A stretch of 64,000 nucleotides of DNA from positions 160,001-224,000 of the forward strand of contig CAVWBU010000049.1 of NCBI GenBank assembly GCA_963753345.1. The letters run 5' to 3'. The position numbers and the translations under genes were made by a program. The notes below the pieces were generated by a model. That model was not told where the DNA came from, made no database searches, and saw only the letters and a list, made by a program, of their open reading frames with translations. Source of the DNA: an uncultured Fibrobacterota bacterium (lineage in GTDB: Bacteria; Fibrobacterota; Chitinivibrionia; Chitinivibrionales; FEN-1185). Shown piece by piece: positions 38,740 through 47,328 of this stretch (within the stretch, counting starts at the first letter, position 1; each line of letters begins with the position of its first letter).

Positions 38740-38934
38740 ATGATGAAAAAAGCTGCCGTTGTGACATGCGCGGTCATCTTTCTTGCCGTGTGCTCTTTTG
38801 CCCAGGCGCCTGTATCTTCGGCCGACTCTCTTAAGTCCGCGCAGCAATCCGAATCTGTCAAGTTAAGCAAGAAGACCATTGTAAAGACGAGCGCGCCGAC
38901 GAACTGGTCGAAAATTAAAGATTTGTTCAGATAA
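38740..38934 (+). CDS. Secreted micro-protein ending TNWSKIKDLFR
   Basis: Signal peptide ending SFA; upstream TTGCAT..TATATT promoter-like boxes; own terminator. Confidence 0.75.
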   Translation: MMKKAAVVTCAVIFLAVCSFAQAPVSSADSLKSAQQSESVKLSKKTIVKTSAPTNWSKIKDLFR

Positions 38935-38950
38935 TCAAATCCCCAAGGCG

Positions 38951-38984
38951 AAAAAAAAAGGAATGCATGCGCATTCCTTTTTTT
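38951..38984. terminator. Bidirectional intrinsic terminator
   Basis: A-run, GGAATGC-ATGC-GCATTCC stem-loop, T-run; between convergent genes. Confidence 0.8.
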
Positions 38985-39005
38985 ATTCCGTTCGCCGTTT
39001 TCCGT

Positions 39006-39833
39006 CTATGGTTTCCAGTCAACCTCCGACTGCTGACCGTAAAGACGGGGAGTGATTACTCCGATGCTCGCCGAGACGCCGAATTCTTCAACCGGAGCCC
39101 TTTCGTTGAAACGAACCTTCGGCGAAACGGTCATTTCAAGGGACACGTAGAATAAGTTTTTGGCATTGAGCACCTGCGAGGGGAAGAAGTCGATGGCAAG
39201 CCACCCCCGCACATTGTTCACGTTTGAATAATACCCCTTGTTCCCAAGGTAATCTGTGGTCTTTCCGAAAATGAGGTATACTTCGGAGCCCGCCGTGACA
39301 TACCCGAAACTCTGGATGTGGAACTGAAGGCCCACGGCACCCGCGACATCGCTCCCTCCGTATTCGGTGCCTGCATCGTTTTTCGAGGAGAAGACGCCTC
39401 CGCGCAAAATGCCCATTGCGGAAACAAGGTTGTTGAAGAAGAACGGGGTGCCGAGTTTCAGATGCGCTCCGCCGGAAAAGCCGTACCCGCCGTGGAATAA
39501 GCCGACAGTGTCCGTTGCACTGGTGTCGCCCGCCACATCCATCTGGGAGGTCCCGCCGTCCACCCCAACATTGACGAATGAAAACGGTGAATAGGAAATG
39601 CGGGCTTCATACCGATTTATAAGGCTGGGGACGGCCCGGTTTGAAATGGAACATCCTTCCAGGTTGTACGAGGCGCCCACGGAAAGCCGGGCCGGGGGAA
39701 CAAGAACCGCGGGGTCCGCGAGGGTGGCGGCGCAGAGATCGGCGCTGACCATTGCAAGAACCGCGCCGGCGAGTGCACCTTGACATACGCTTGGAATGGG
39801 GCATTTTCTGTTCATGGCGGTTGCTCTTATCAT
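39006..39833 (-). CDS. Putative outer-membrane beta-barrel protein (start uncertain, alternative 39815)
   Basis: Signal peptide; alternating Gly/aromatic beta-strand pattern. Confidence 0.65.
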   Translation of the reverse strand: MIRATAMNRKCPIPSVCQGALAGAVLAMVSADLCAATLADPAVLVPPARLSVGASYNLEGCSISNRAVPSLINRYEARISYSPFSFVNVGVDGGTSQMDVAGDTSATDTVGLFHGGYGFSGGAHLKLGTPFFFNNLVSAMGILRGGVFSSKNDAGTEYGGSDVAGAVGLQFHIQSFGYVTAGSEVYLIFGKTTDYLGNKGYYSNVNNVRGWLAIDFFPSQVLNAKNLFYVSLEMTVSPKVRFNERAPVEEFGVSASIGVITPRLYGQQSEVDWKP

Positions 39834-39834
39834 G

Positions 39835-42768
39835 TTATTGTGCGGGACATCCTGCAGCCGGCAGCGGCTGAATAATCAACGAATCGAGCAGACCCTGGCA
39901 TTCCGCATACACTATTACCCCAATAGTTGGGACGTTAGCGAACGATTGGGGATACGTCAGCACGGTTCCAGCTCCGCCTTGGGAAGTCGTGATCGTTTTT
40001 GGAATGAGGATAAGGACATTAGGATTCGTGCACTTCAGACTATAGTTTACCGGAGTTCCATCTGCCACAGGGTTGCCGTTTGCGTCGCCAACTAGTGCCC
40101 CGACCCGTAACCCCCACATGCCGTCGTTATTGTCAATTAGTACAGCAGTGTCGACGTCTGGAGAATGCGGACACGGGCTAATTACGTTCGTACCCAAGGC
40201 AATCGCGAAAGGCGGGCCCGCAATCGTGAGGTACACGCTGTCCGACTTGATTCCATTGATGCTGCTTGCGACAATACCCACTCCACGAAACTTGCTCATC
40301 GTCGAACCCGAAACGAAATTGGCTGTTGCGATACCGTCAACCGTAGTGGCAACTACAGGAGGATCGATGTATTCGCCGGTTCCCGGGCCTGCAATCAAGT
40401 TAAACGACACCTGCTCGCTGGCAACACGGTTACCCTTAGCATCGAATGCGATTGCGGTCAGAACCGATTTGTCTCCATTTAACGCGACCATCGATGGAGT
40501 GGCCGTCAAAACGATGTTGGCCACCGGCAGAGATTTAAAGTAGAACTTGAATGTCGCGGATGTCGCTTCCGATGACGTTACGGCATAAACAAATACTGTG
40601 GCCGAGTCGGGGAATGCAGGATTGGTTATATTGATGGGAATAGTACCATTGTTGCTGGGAGTCAACGTGTACTGCTGGGCGAAATAGGAGGTGGAACTAA
40701 TGCTCCCCAAGCTCATGCTTACGTTGATTGTTGCATTGCCAATCGGGGTGGTCGCATCGCCCTGCAGATACTTGATCAAGAGATGCGTTATATCCGTTCC
40801 GTTTGCAATGCAGGTACTTGGATTGTTCGGATCGAAGCCGATGATTATGTGGTTTGAGGCGTATTGAATGACGACGTTTGCCGAGGCGCCCGCTGCCTGA
40901 AGCGTGATGGTGTCCGTGCCCGAGCCCGTGCCATAGACTTTGCAAATCCCGTTTCCCAGTGCGTTGGTGAGCGAGTTCGGCATAGAGATAAACGTTTTTG
41001 CCGGGAGCGGTAAAAAGGCGATTGTATCGCCCACAATGGGGTTATTGGCACCATCGACGAGAGACATTGATATGGTGCTCGAATCATTTCCGTTTGCGTT
41101 AATGATGAGGGGATTCGCGGAGGCCGTCAACTGCACGCCGGAAAACTGAACTTGGACCGTAACGAACTTTGTGAGGTCTTTTGCCATAGTTGCCCTGATA
41201 GTCGCGGTGGTATTTCTGCGGTCGCTCGTAAGAGTGGTGATGGCATTGCCGTTATTATCCGTTATCCCGACACCCGTAATCGTGCCCGCATTCGTGGTAA
41301 AGAGAATGCTGTCGCCCACAATTGGATTATTGATCGAATTCTTCTCCTGCACGGTAATCACCGACTGGCTCATTCCATCGGCATTCAGGACGGGTGGAAC
41401 CGCGGTTGCGACCAGCGCTCTCGTTGACACGATCGACAGCGAAGTGGTCGCGACAGCAAGATCGGTGGCCGAATTGAAGGCAGTGACTTCCAGTGTCATG
41501 ACGCATTCGTACGATACGGCGAAAATGTTAACCGCGCACTTTCCCGCGGAGTCGGTGGTGGCGGAAAGGTAATCACTCGTGTCCGCGCCGTTGATCTGTT
41601 TATATGACCGCTTGATCTGAATGGTCTTGCCTGCAAGCGGCGATCCGTTGTAGCTGCTGAGCATGGCGTGCAGCAGGGATGATTTCGTTGGGTCGGGTGG
41701 CAGAGTCATGTTGTCGAGGGAAATCGACAACGTGAGGTCGGTGACGATTATCATGGTGGCGGACATGGCGCCCGCAGCAGAAACCCGGACGGAATCCTTG
41801 CCGCTCGCCTTGCCCTTGATGACGCATTGCGCGTTCCCACTCGTCCCTGTGACGGTGTCCTTGGAAACTATCGACAGATTGGAAGCCGTGCCGTTCCCGA
41901 GAATGAATTGAATCGGTGCATAGGGGATGGGCGCGTTTGACCCATTCGTGAGGACAGCAGTAATCGTGGTTTGGCCTGAAAGTTTCAGGGATGTCGAGTC
42001 GTCGTGAAGCGCTATGGATACCCCGCTAAACACCACCTTTGTCTGGGCGTTCTTGGTCTTGTCCGATACGAGATATGCGGTAACAAATGCTGTGTCGTTT
42101 ACATTTGCGCTTGTGAGCACCGCCTCTGCGACGCCCTGGGAGTTCGTTGCAGATTGTCCGGACCCGGAACAGCCGGTTGATGACCCCATAATCATGCCGG
42201 CGCTTGAGATAAACTGGATGCATTGGCCCACGATGGGGTTGTTGTTTTCGTCTTTGAGGGTCACATTGATTGTGGTATTGTCGGCGCCGTCGGCCTTTAA
42301 GATGGCGCGCGACGGAATGATAAGAAACTCTTTTTCAATCTTGTCCGGCGTATTGGTAACTTCGATGGAAAGTGTCGTAGTGGACTGTCCGCAGGTGAAA
42401 AGGAGATTTACCACGGCTTTTGCCGTGTCCATCATTTTGAAAACGGCGCGGCCTTTCGCGCTTGTGTACAGGGTTTCTGCCGAAACCCAGCCGTCCGAGG
42501 GTGTGCATATGACACGGGCATTGGCAAGCGGGTCGTTGTGGATGCTGTCCGTCATAACAGTGACGGTGACGGCAAGGGTTTCCTTCAGTCCCACGTAGAG
42601 GCTGTCGGGAACAACCATGAGATACGGCGCGATGGTCGCACCCGGTCCGGAAGGGCTGGTGGGGCCGGTGGGCGCAAGCGAGCCGTTATCGTTTTTGATG
42701 GTGCATAGAACCAGAAAGCACGCCACACACAAAGCTCCGATTCCGGCCAGAACTCGTAGGGTTTTCAC
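39835..42768 (-). CDS. Large exported protein with tandem invasin/Big_1 Ig-like repeats
   Basis: GAAGGAGG RBS with GTG at 42768; repeated 'ADG.D.TTI.V.L.D.NNNPIVG..I.F..T..G.A' units. Confidence 0.85.
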   Translation of the reverse strand: MKTLRVLAGIGALCVACFLVLCTIKNDNGSLAPTGPTSPSGPGATIAPYLMVVPDSLYVGLKETLAVTVTVMTDSIHNDPLANARVICTPSDGWVSAETLYTSAKGRAVFKMMDTAKAVVNLLFTCGQSTTTLSIEVTNTPDKIEKEFLIIPSRAILKADGADNTTINVTLKDENNNPIVGQCIQFISSAGMIMGSSTGCSGSGQSATNSQGVAEAVLTSANVNDTAFVTAYLVSDKTKNAQTKVVFSGVSIALHDDSTSLKLSGQTTITAVLTNGSNAPIPYAPIQFILGNGTASNLSIVSKDTVTGTSGNAQCVIKGKASGKDSVRVSAAGAMSATMIIVTDLTLSISLDNMTLPPDPTKSSLLHAMLSSYNGSPLAGKTIQIKRSYKQINGADTSDYLSATTDSAGKCAVNIFAVSYECVMTLEVTAFNSATDLAVATTSLSIVSTRALVATAVPPVLNADGMSQSVITVQEKNSINNPIVGDSILFTTNAGTITGVGITDNNGNAITTLTSDRRNTTATIRATMAKDLTKFVTVQVQFSGVQLTASANPLIINANGNDSSTISMSLVDGANNPIVGDTIAFLPLPAKTFISMPNSLTNALGNGICKVYGTGSGTDTITLQAAGASANVVIQYASNHIIIGFDPNNPSTCIANGTDITHLLIKYLQGDATTPIGNATINVSMSLGSISSTSYFAQQYTLTPSNNGTIPINITNPAFPDSATVFVYAVTSSEATSATFKFYFKSLPVANIVLTATPSMVALNGDKSVLTAIAFDAKGNRVASEQVSFNLIAGPGTGEYIDPPVVATTVDGIATANFVSGSTMSKFRGVGIVASSINGIKSDSVYLTIAGPPFAIALGTNVISPCPHSPDVDTAVLIDNNDGMWGLRVGALVGDANGNPVADGTPVNYSLKCTNPNVLILIPKTITTSQGGAGTVLTYPQSFANVPTIGVIVYAECQGLLDSLIIQPLPAAGCPAQ

Positions 42769-43118
42769 GGAAGATCCTCCTTCAAATTCGTATTTGAACA
42801 GATTCGCGTTACCTGTGACACGGAACATGGCTCGGCAACCGGTCCCCTGCACAGACGGCATGCACCGCGCATGTGGCGGCCGGAGGCGACGTAGGGCTGA
42901 TTTCGGGCATTTTGTTTCTCACGGGAGAACCCAAAGGGAATAATGTATTTTGTCTCGAACGTGTCCCTCCCGTATATCACTTTTTGTCAATAAACGTTCG
43001 TTGCCGGAATACGGGGACTCGTCTGGATAGATTATATCTTTTCATGCTGTATGGAAATCAACATATTTGATCCACTTTCGCACTTTTCGCGTCCTCGCCG
43101 CGCGGGGAGCGCCGCGCA

Positions 43119-44423
43119 ATGACCGCACAGGGGCTCACTGTTAAATCGGTCATCGCCGGGCTTCCCGGGCGCGCGTGCGGCATCCGGAAGGGCGACGAAG
43201 TCATTTCCGTCAACGGCGTTCCCGTGGCCGATGAAACCGATTTCCGGTTCGAAACCGCACAGCAGGTCTCCCGGATTGTGGTGCGGCGCAACCGGCACGT
43301 CATTTCCCTCTTGCTTTTCAGGCCGCACTCCACGGAAACGGGAGTGACCTTTGCCGACGCGGGGATTGCACGGTGCTCCAACCGCTGCATCTTCTGCTTT
43401 ATCGACCAGATGCCACCGGGTCTGCGGGCGAGCCTCTACGTGAAGGACGAGGACGTCATGCATTCCTTTGTCAACGGCAATTACGTTACGCTTGCCGCCA
43501 TGACCCCTTCCCGGCTCCACCGCCTCTGCAGGCTTGGACTGTCGCCGCTCTACGTCTCTGTCCACGCCACGGATCATGCGGTGCGGCAGCGGATGCTCGG
43601 CAACAGGCGCATCGGCGTCATCATGGATCAGCTCGGGTATCTTGAAAAGAACGGGCTCCGTTTCCATGCCCAGATCGTGGTGTGTCCGGGATTCAACGAT
43701 GGTGCCGTGCTCTCCCGGACCGTCCTTGATTTATGCGGGTTTGCAAAGGGGCTTCTGTCGGTCGCTGTGGTGCCGGTCGGTCTGACAAAATACCAAAACC
43801 GCCTTCTCAAACCGGTCGGCCGTGACGTTGCGCGGCGCATCTGCTCCGAGGTCGCGGCCCTCGGCGGCCGTGACCTGCGGCGCGCGGGCCGGCGCAGAGT
43901 GTTTTGCGCCGACGAGCTGTTCATCGCCGCCGGCCTTCCCCTTCCGCCGGCACGCTATTACGAAGAATACCCCCAGCTGGAAAACGGCGTGGGCCTCGTG
44001 CGACGGCTGCTTGACGAATGGAGAACAGCGAAGCGCGCGCTGGCGGCCGGCCGCACGATCCGCCGGAATGCGGCGCGTGCGCGGCAAGTGCTGCTTGTCA
44101 CTTCGGAATCGGCGTACCCGTATGTCGCGCGCATCGCGGGAGAACTGCCGGAGGTTGTTCCGCGTTTGCAGATCCGGACCATCGCCGCGAAAAACGAATT
44201 CTTCGGGGGACATGTTACGGTTGCCGGACTGCTCACGGCCGCCGATATCATGCGGGCCGCGAGAAAGGCCGGATGCCGCGGGAGCAGGGTGATTCTGCCC
44301 GGCATCGTTCTCAACCGCTTTGGCCATACGCTCGACGGATACTCGCTCAGGCGGATCGGAACAACGCTCGGTGCTGCCGTTTCGGCCGCCGGTTCAATTT
44401 CCGAATTGGTGCGACTTTTATGA
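43119..44423 (+). CDS. DUF512 / PDZ-containing putative radical SAM protein
   Basis: PDZ-like GI.KGD..ISVNG, C.NRCIFCFIDQ.P.G.R.SLYVKDED, QLENGVG, VTVAGLLT. Confidence 0.9.
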   Translation: MTAQGLTVKSVIAGLPGRACGIRKGDEVISVNGVPVADETDFRFETAQQVSRIVVRRNRHVISLLLFRPHSTETGVTFADAGIARCSNRCIFCFIDQMPPGLRASLYVKDEDVMHSFVNGNYVTLAAMTPSRLHRLCRLGLSPLYVSVHATDHAVRQRMLGNRRIGVIMDQLGYLEKNGLRFHAQIVVCPGFNDGAVLSRTVLDLCGFAKGLLSVAVVPVGLTKYQNRLLKPVGRDVARRICSEVAALGGRDLRRAGRRRVFCADELFIAAGLPLPPARYYEEYPQLENGVGLVRRLLDEWRTAKRALAAGRTIRRNAARARQVLLVTSESAYPYVARIAGELPEVVPRLQIRTIAAKNEFFGGHVTVAGLLTAADIMRAARKAGCRGSRVILPGIVLNRFGHTLDGYSLRRIGTTLGAAVSAAGSISELVRLL

Positions 44424-45181
44424 ATGGAGCAAACATCGCATTGCCGGTCCGGCTCAACAAATATCTTGCGGGCTGCGGGCTTGGGTCGCGGCGCGCCTGC
44501 GACGGCATCATTGGCGCAGGCAGGATTTACGTGAACGGCGCCAAGGTCACTGCGCTCGGCACCAAGGTGGTTCCGGGGCTCGACCGGGTGGAGTATCTCG
44601 GGCGCATGCTGTCGCCGGTCGTCGCCTTCCGGTACCTTGCGTACCACAAGCCGCAGAGCGTGATCGTCACCAAGTCCGATCCCGAGGGCCGCACCACGAT
44701 TTTCGACGCGCTCAAGGAAACCGGATGCGACGCCGGCGGCCTCAACTACGTGGGGCGTCTCGACGTTGCCTCCGAGGGACTCCTGCTCCTGACCAACGAC
44801 GGCAGTCTGATTCACGCGCTCACGCACCCGCGCTACCGCATCAAGAAGGTGTACGACGTCAAGATTGACAGACAGCTTACACCCGCCGATGGTGCGAAGA
44901 TGACCGGTGAAGGGATAGAATCCGAGGGACAGGTGCTTAAGGCGGGAGCCATACGCGAAACCGGACTTGCGGATGGATTCTGGTATCATGTCGATTTGTA
45001 CGAGGGAAAGAAGCGGCAGATCCGCCGCATGTTCGCGGGTCTCGGATACGCGGTGAAAAGGCTGCGGCGGACCCAGTTTGCATCGGTGAAGCTCGGCGAC
45101 CTTGCTCCCGGCGCCGTACGCGAACTTACCCAGCGCGAGATCGATGCGCTGCGCTCGGCCGGCTTTCCCCGCGGCCGGTGA
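44420..45181 (+). CDS. RsuA/RluB-family pseudouridine synthase
   Basis: RLNKYLA.CG.GSRR, D.EGR.T, VGRLD..SEGLLLLTNDG, EGKKRQIRRM. Confidence 0.92.
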   Translation: MNGANIALPVRLNKYLAGCGLGSRRACDGIIGAGRIYVNGAKVTALGTKVVPGLDRVEYLGRMLSPVVAFRYLAYHKPQSVIVTKSDPEGRTTIFDALKETGCDAGGLNYVGRLDVASEGLLLLTNDGSLIHALTHPRYRIKKVYDVKIDRQLTPADGAKMTGEGIESEGQVLKAGAIRETGLADGFWYHVDLYEGKKRQIRRMFAGLGYAVKRLRRTQFASVKLGDLAPGAVRELTQREIDALRSAGFPRGR

Positions 45182-45297
45182 CGCCGGAACTCGCTACCTG
45201 ACAATTGCATTTTCCCGGACGCGACACTATAATCAGACAGGCGGAGCCCGGCCGGCCGGCCGCGGCCTTGCCTTGTGCCACGGCAGGAACAAAGCCT

Positions 45298-46881
45298 ATG
45301 GACATCTCTTTCGCCGACGCGGACCGGCTCTTTTCGAAGCTTTCGGGTTATCCCGACGGCATCGTGATTGTCAACGCAGGCGGCGTGGTCCGGTTTGCCA
45401 ATCCTCTTGCCCTGCTTTTCTTCGGCGGCGGGGCCGGCACGCTGGAGGGGAAATCCCTCGGCCTGGCCGTGAGGCCCGGGGAGACCTTCGAGCATGAAAC
45501 CGGAGGCCGCACCCTTGAGGTCCGCGCCGCCCCGATTCTGCTGGACGGCGAAAGCGGATTCCTTCTTGCCATCCGCGACGCGAGCGCGCGAAAGCGCTCC
45601 GAAGGCCAGCTTGCCGCGGCCATGAGCGACCTGAGGCTCGCGCTGGCCTCGGAGAAGGTGCTTCTCAACGAACTTGACAAAAAGAACAAGGAGCTCACCG
45701 AGCTCTCCATCACCGACGGACTCACCGGCCTGTACAACCACCGCTATATCCAGGAACGGTTCGAATTCGAGTTCAAGCGCGTCAAGCGGTACGGGGGAAA
45801 CCTGAGCTGCATGATGATCGACATCGACCATTTCAAGGCGCTCAACGACACGTGCGGCCACCAGTGCGGCGATTTCGTGCTGCGGGAACTTTCCGATCTT
45901 ATCAAGCTGCTTTCACGGGAAGTCGACATCTGCGGCAGGTACGGCGGCGAGGAATTTGTGGTCCTCACCAGCGTCGCGCTCGAACAAACCGTGCTGCACG
46001 CTTCCAAACTCCATGCCGCGATTGATACCCACGCATTTGTATGGATGGGCAAAAGGCTCCACCTCACCGTGAGTATCGGTGTGGCGGATTTCAGGCCCGG
46101 CATGAGAGACCGCCGCGAGCTCATCGAAAGGGCCGACAAGGCCATGTACCGGGCGAAGGAGGACGGACGGAACCTTATCAGGATATGGAAAGAGAACCAG
46201 GGAGCCGGCGAAGCGTCGGCCGACCACGCCGCCGCGCAGGAGCTTCGGAAGAAATTCGCAGACCTTGCGGGCCGCATGCGCTCGTCCTGCATGGAACAGA
46301 CAATTGCTCTTGTCAATGCCGTTGACGCACGGGACCCTTTTGCAAAAGAACATTCCCCGAGCGTTTCGTCCGTTTCGGCGGAAATCGCGCGCGGGATGGG
46401 CTTCTCCGAGGCGGACGTTGCGGTCGTCAGAAACGCGGGGCTCCTTCACGATGTGGGGAACATTGCGGTAAGCCGGGACATTCTTGTCAAAAGAGGCCCT
46501 CTTTCGGGCGAGGAATTCGAGGTGATCCGCAAACATCCGGCCATCAGCGTCACCATCCTCAAAGACCTCGGGTTTGTCGAACCGGAGCTTCCCGTCATCC
46601 TGCATCACCACGAACGCTTTGACGGCACCGGGTATCCGCACGGGCTCAAGGGGCGCGAAATACCGGCGGGGGCGCGCATTCTTGCGGTGGCAGATGCTTT
46701 CGACGCCATGACGTCCGGCAGGGCGTACAGGAAGGAAATGCCGATCGAAGAGGCGGTTGCCGCGCTCACGGCAGGCAGCGGTTCGCAGTTTGCGCCCGAC
46801 GTGGTGCAGGCGTTCCTGCAGATTCTTGAAAGGAAGGGCCAATGGCCTTTCCAAAAGAAAATACCGGAAAACCGGATTTGA
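45298..46881 (+). CDS. PAS-GGDEF-HD-GYP c-di-GMP signalling protein
   Basis: D.LTGLYN, DIDHFK..ND..GH, REVD-ICGRY-GGEEF, LLHDVG, HHERFDGTGYP. Confidence 0.92.
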   Translation: MDISFADADRLFSKLSGYPDGIVIVNAGGVVRFANPLALLFFGGGAGTLEGKSLGLAVRPGETFEHETGGRTLEVRAAPILLDGESGFLLAIRDASARKRSEGQLAAAMSDLRLALASEKVLLNELDKKNKELTELSITDGLTGLYNHRYIQERFEFEFKRVKRYGGNLSCMMIDIDHFKALNDTCGHQCGDFVLRELSDLIKLLSREVDICGRYGGEEFVVLTSVALEQTVLHASKLHAAIDTHAFVWMGKRLHLTVSIGVADFRPGMRDRRELIERADKAMYRAKEDGRNLIRIWKENQGAGEASADHAAAQELRKKFADLAGRMRSSCMEQTIALVNAVDARDPFAKEHSPSVSSVSAEIARGMGFSEADVAVVRNAGLLHDVGNIAVSRDILVKRGPLSGEEFEVIRKHPAISVTILKDLGFVEPELPVILHHHERFDGTGYPHGLKGREIPAGARILAVADAFDAMTSGRAYRKEMPIEEAVAALTAGSGSQFAPDVVQAFLQILERKGQWPFQKKIPENRI

Positions 46882-46957
46882 TAATGTATGATTAATGTTG
46901 TGGCCGAACAATAGACGCCGCAACTATTTTTTGTGCGGAACCGTGCGGGGGAACGAA

Positions 46958-47302
46958 ATGAAGATCAGGATCGAATCGGTCGGCAGCGTGTCGGTTGTCT
47001 TCATCGACGGGAACGTTCTGCAGGAAAACGTGCCCATTTTCCGGGTAAAGCTCCTCGAGCTCGTGGAGGAGGGCAAGGTAAACATCGTCCTCGACATGGT
47101 CGCTTCCAATTATATAAGCAGCATGTGCCTCGCCACTATCGTGGATGTCAAGAAAAGGCTCGCCGAACTCTCCGGCGACCTGAGGCTCGCCCGCGTCAAC
47201 AATCTCGTGCGGAACCTCCTGGAAACCACCAGCCTCATCAAGAAGATCGAAACGTTCGACGACATCGATTCCGCCGTGCAATCGTTTTCCAGGCAGAAAT
47301 AA
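46958..47302 (+). CDS. STAS-domain anti-sigma-factor antagonist
   Basis: IVLDM...YISS..L..IV, GDLRLA, V.NLLE.T.L. Confidence 0.85.
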   Translation: MKIRIESVGSVSVVFIDGNVLQENVPIFRVKLLELVEEGKVNIVLDMVASNYISSMCLATIVDVKKRLAELSGDLRLARVNNLVRNLLETTSLIKKIETFDDIDSAVQSFSRQK

Positions 47303-47328
47303 GGCGCGGCCCGCGCCGCATGCCGGCG

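Noticed and set aside
42825..42925. Leader of the Big_1 gene as a c-di-GMP-I riboswitch (GCCTCCGGCC..GGTTGCCG on the minus strand)
   Set aside because: The conserved GGCAAA / GAAA tetraloop stem / GCAAAG elements are missing
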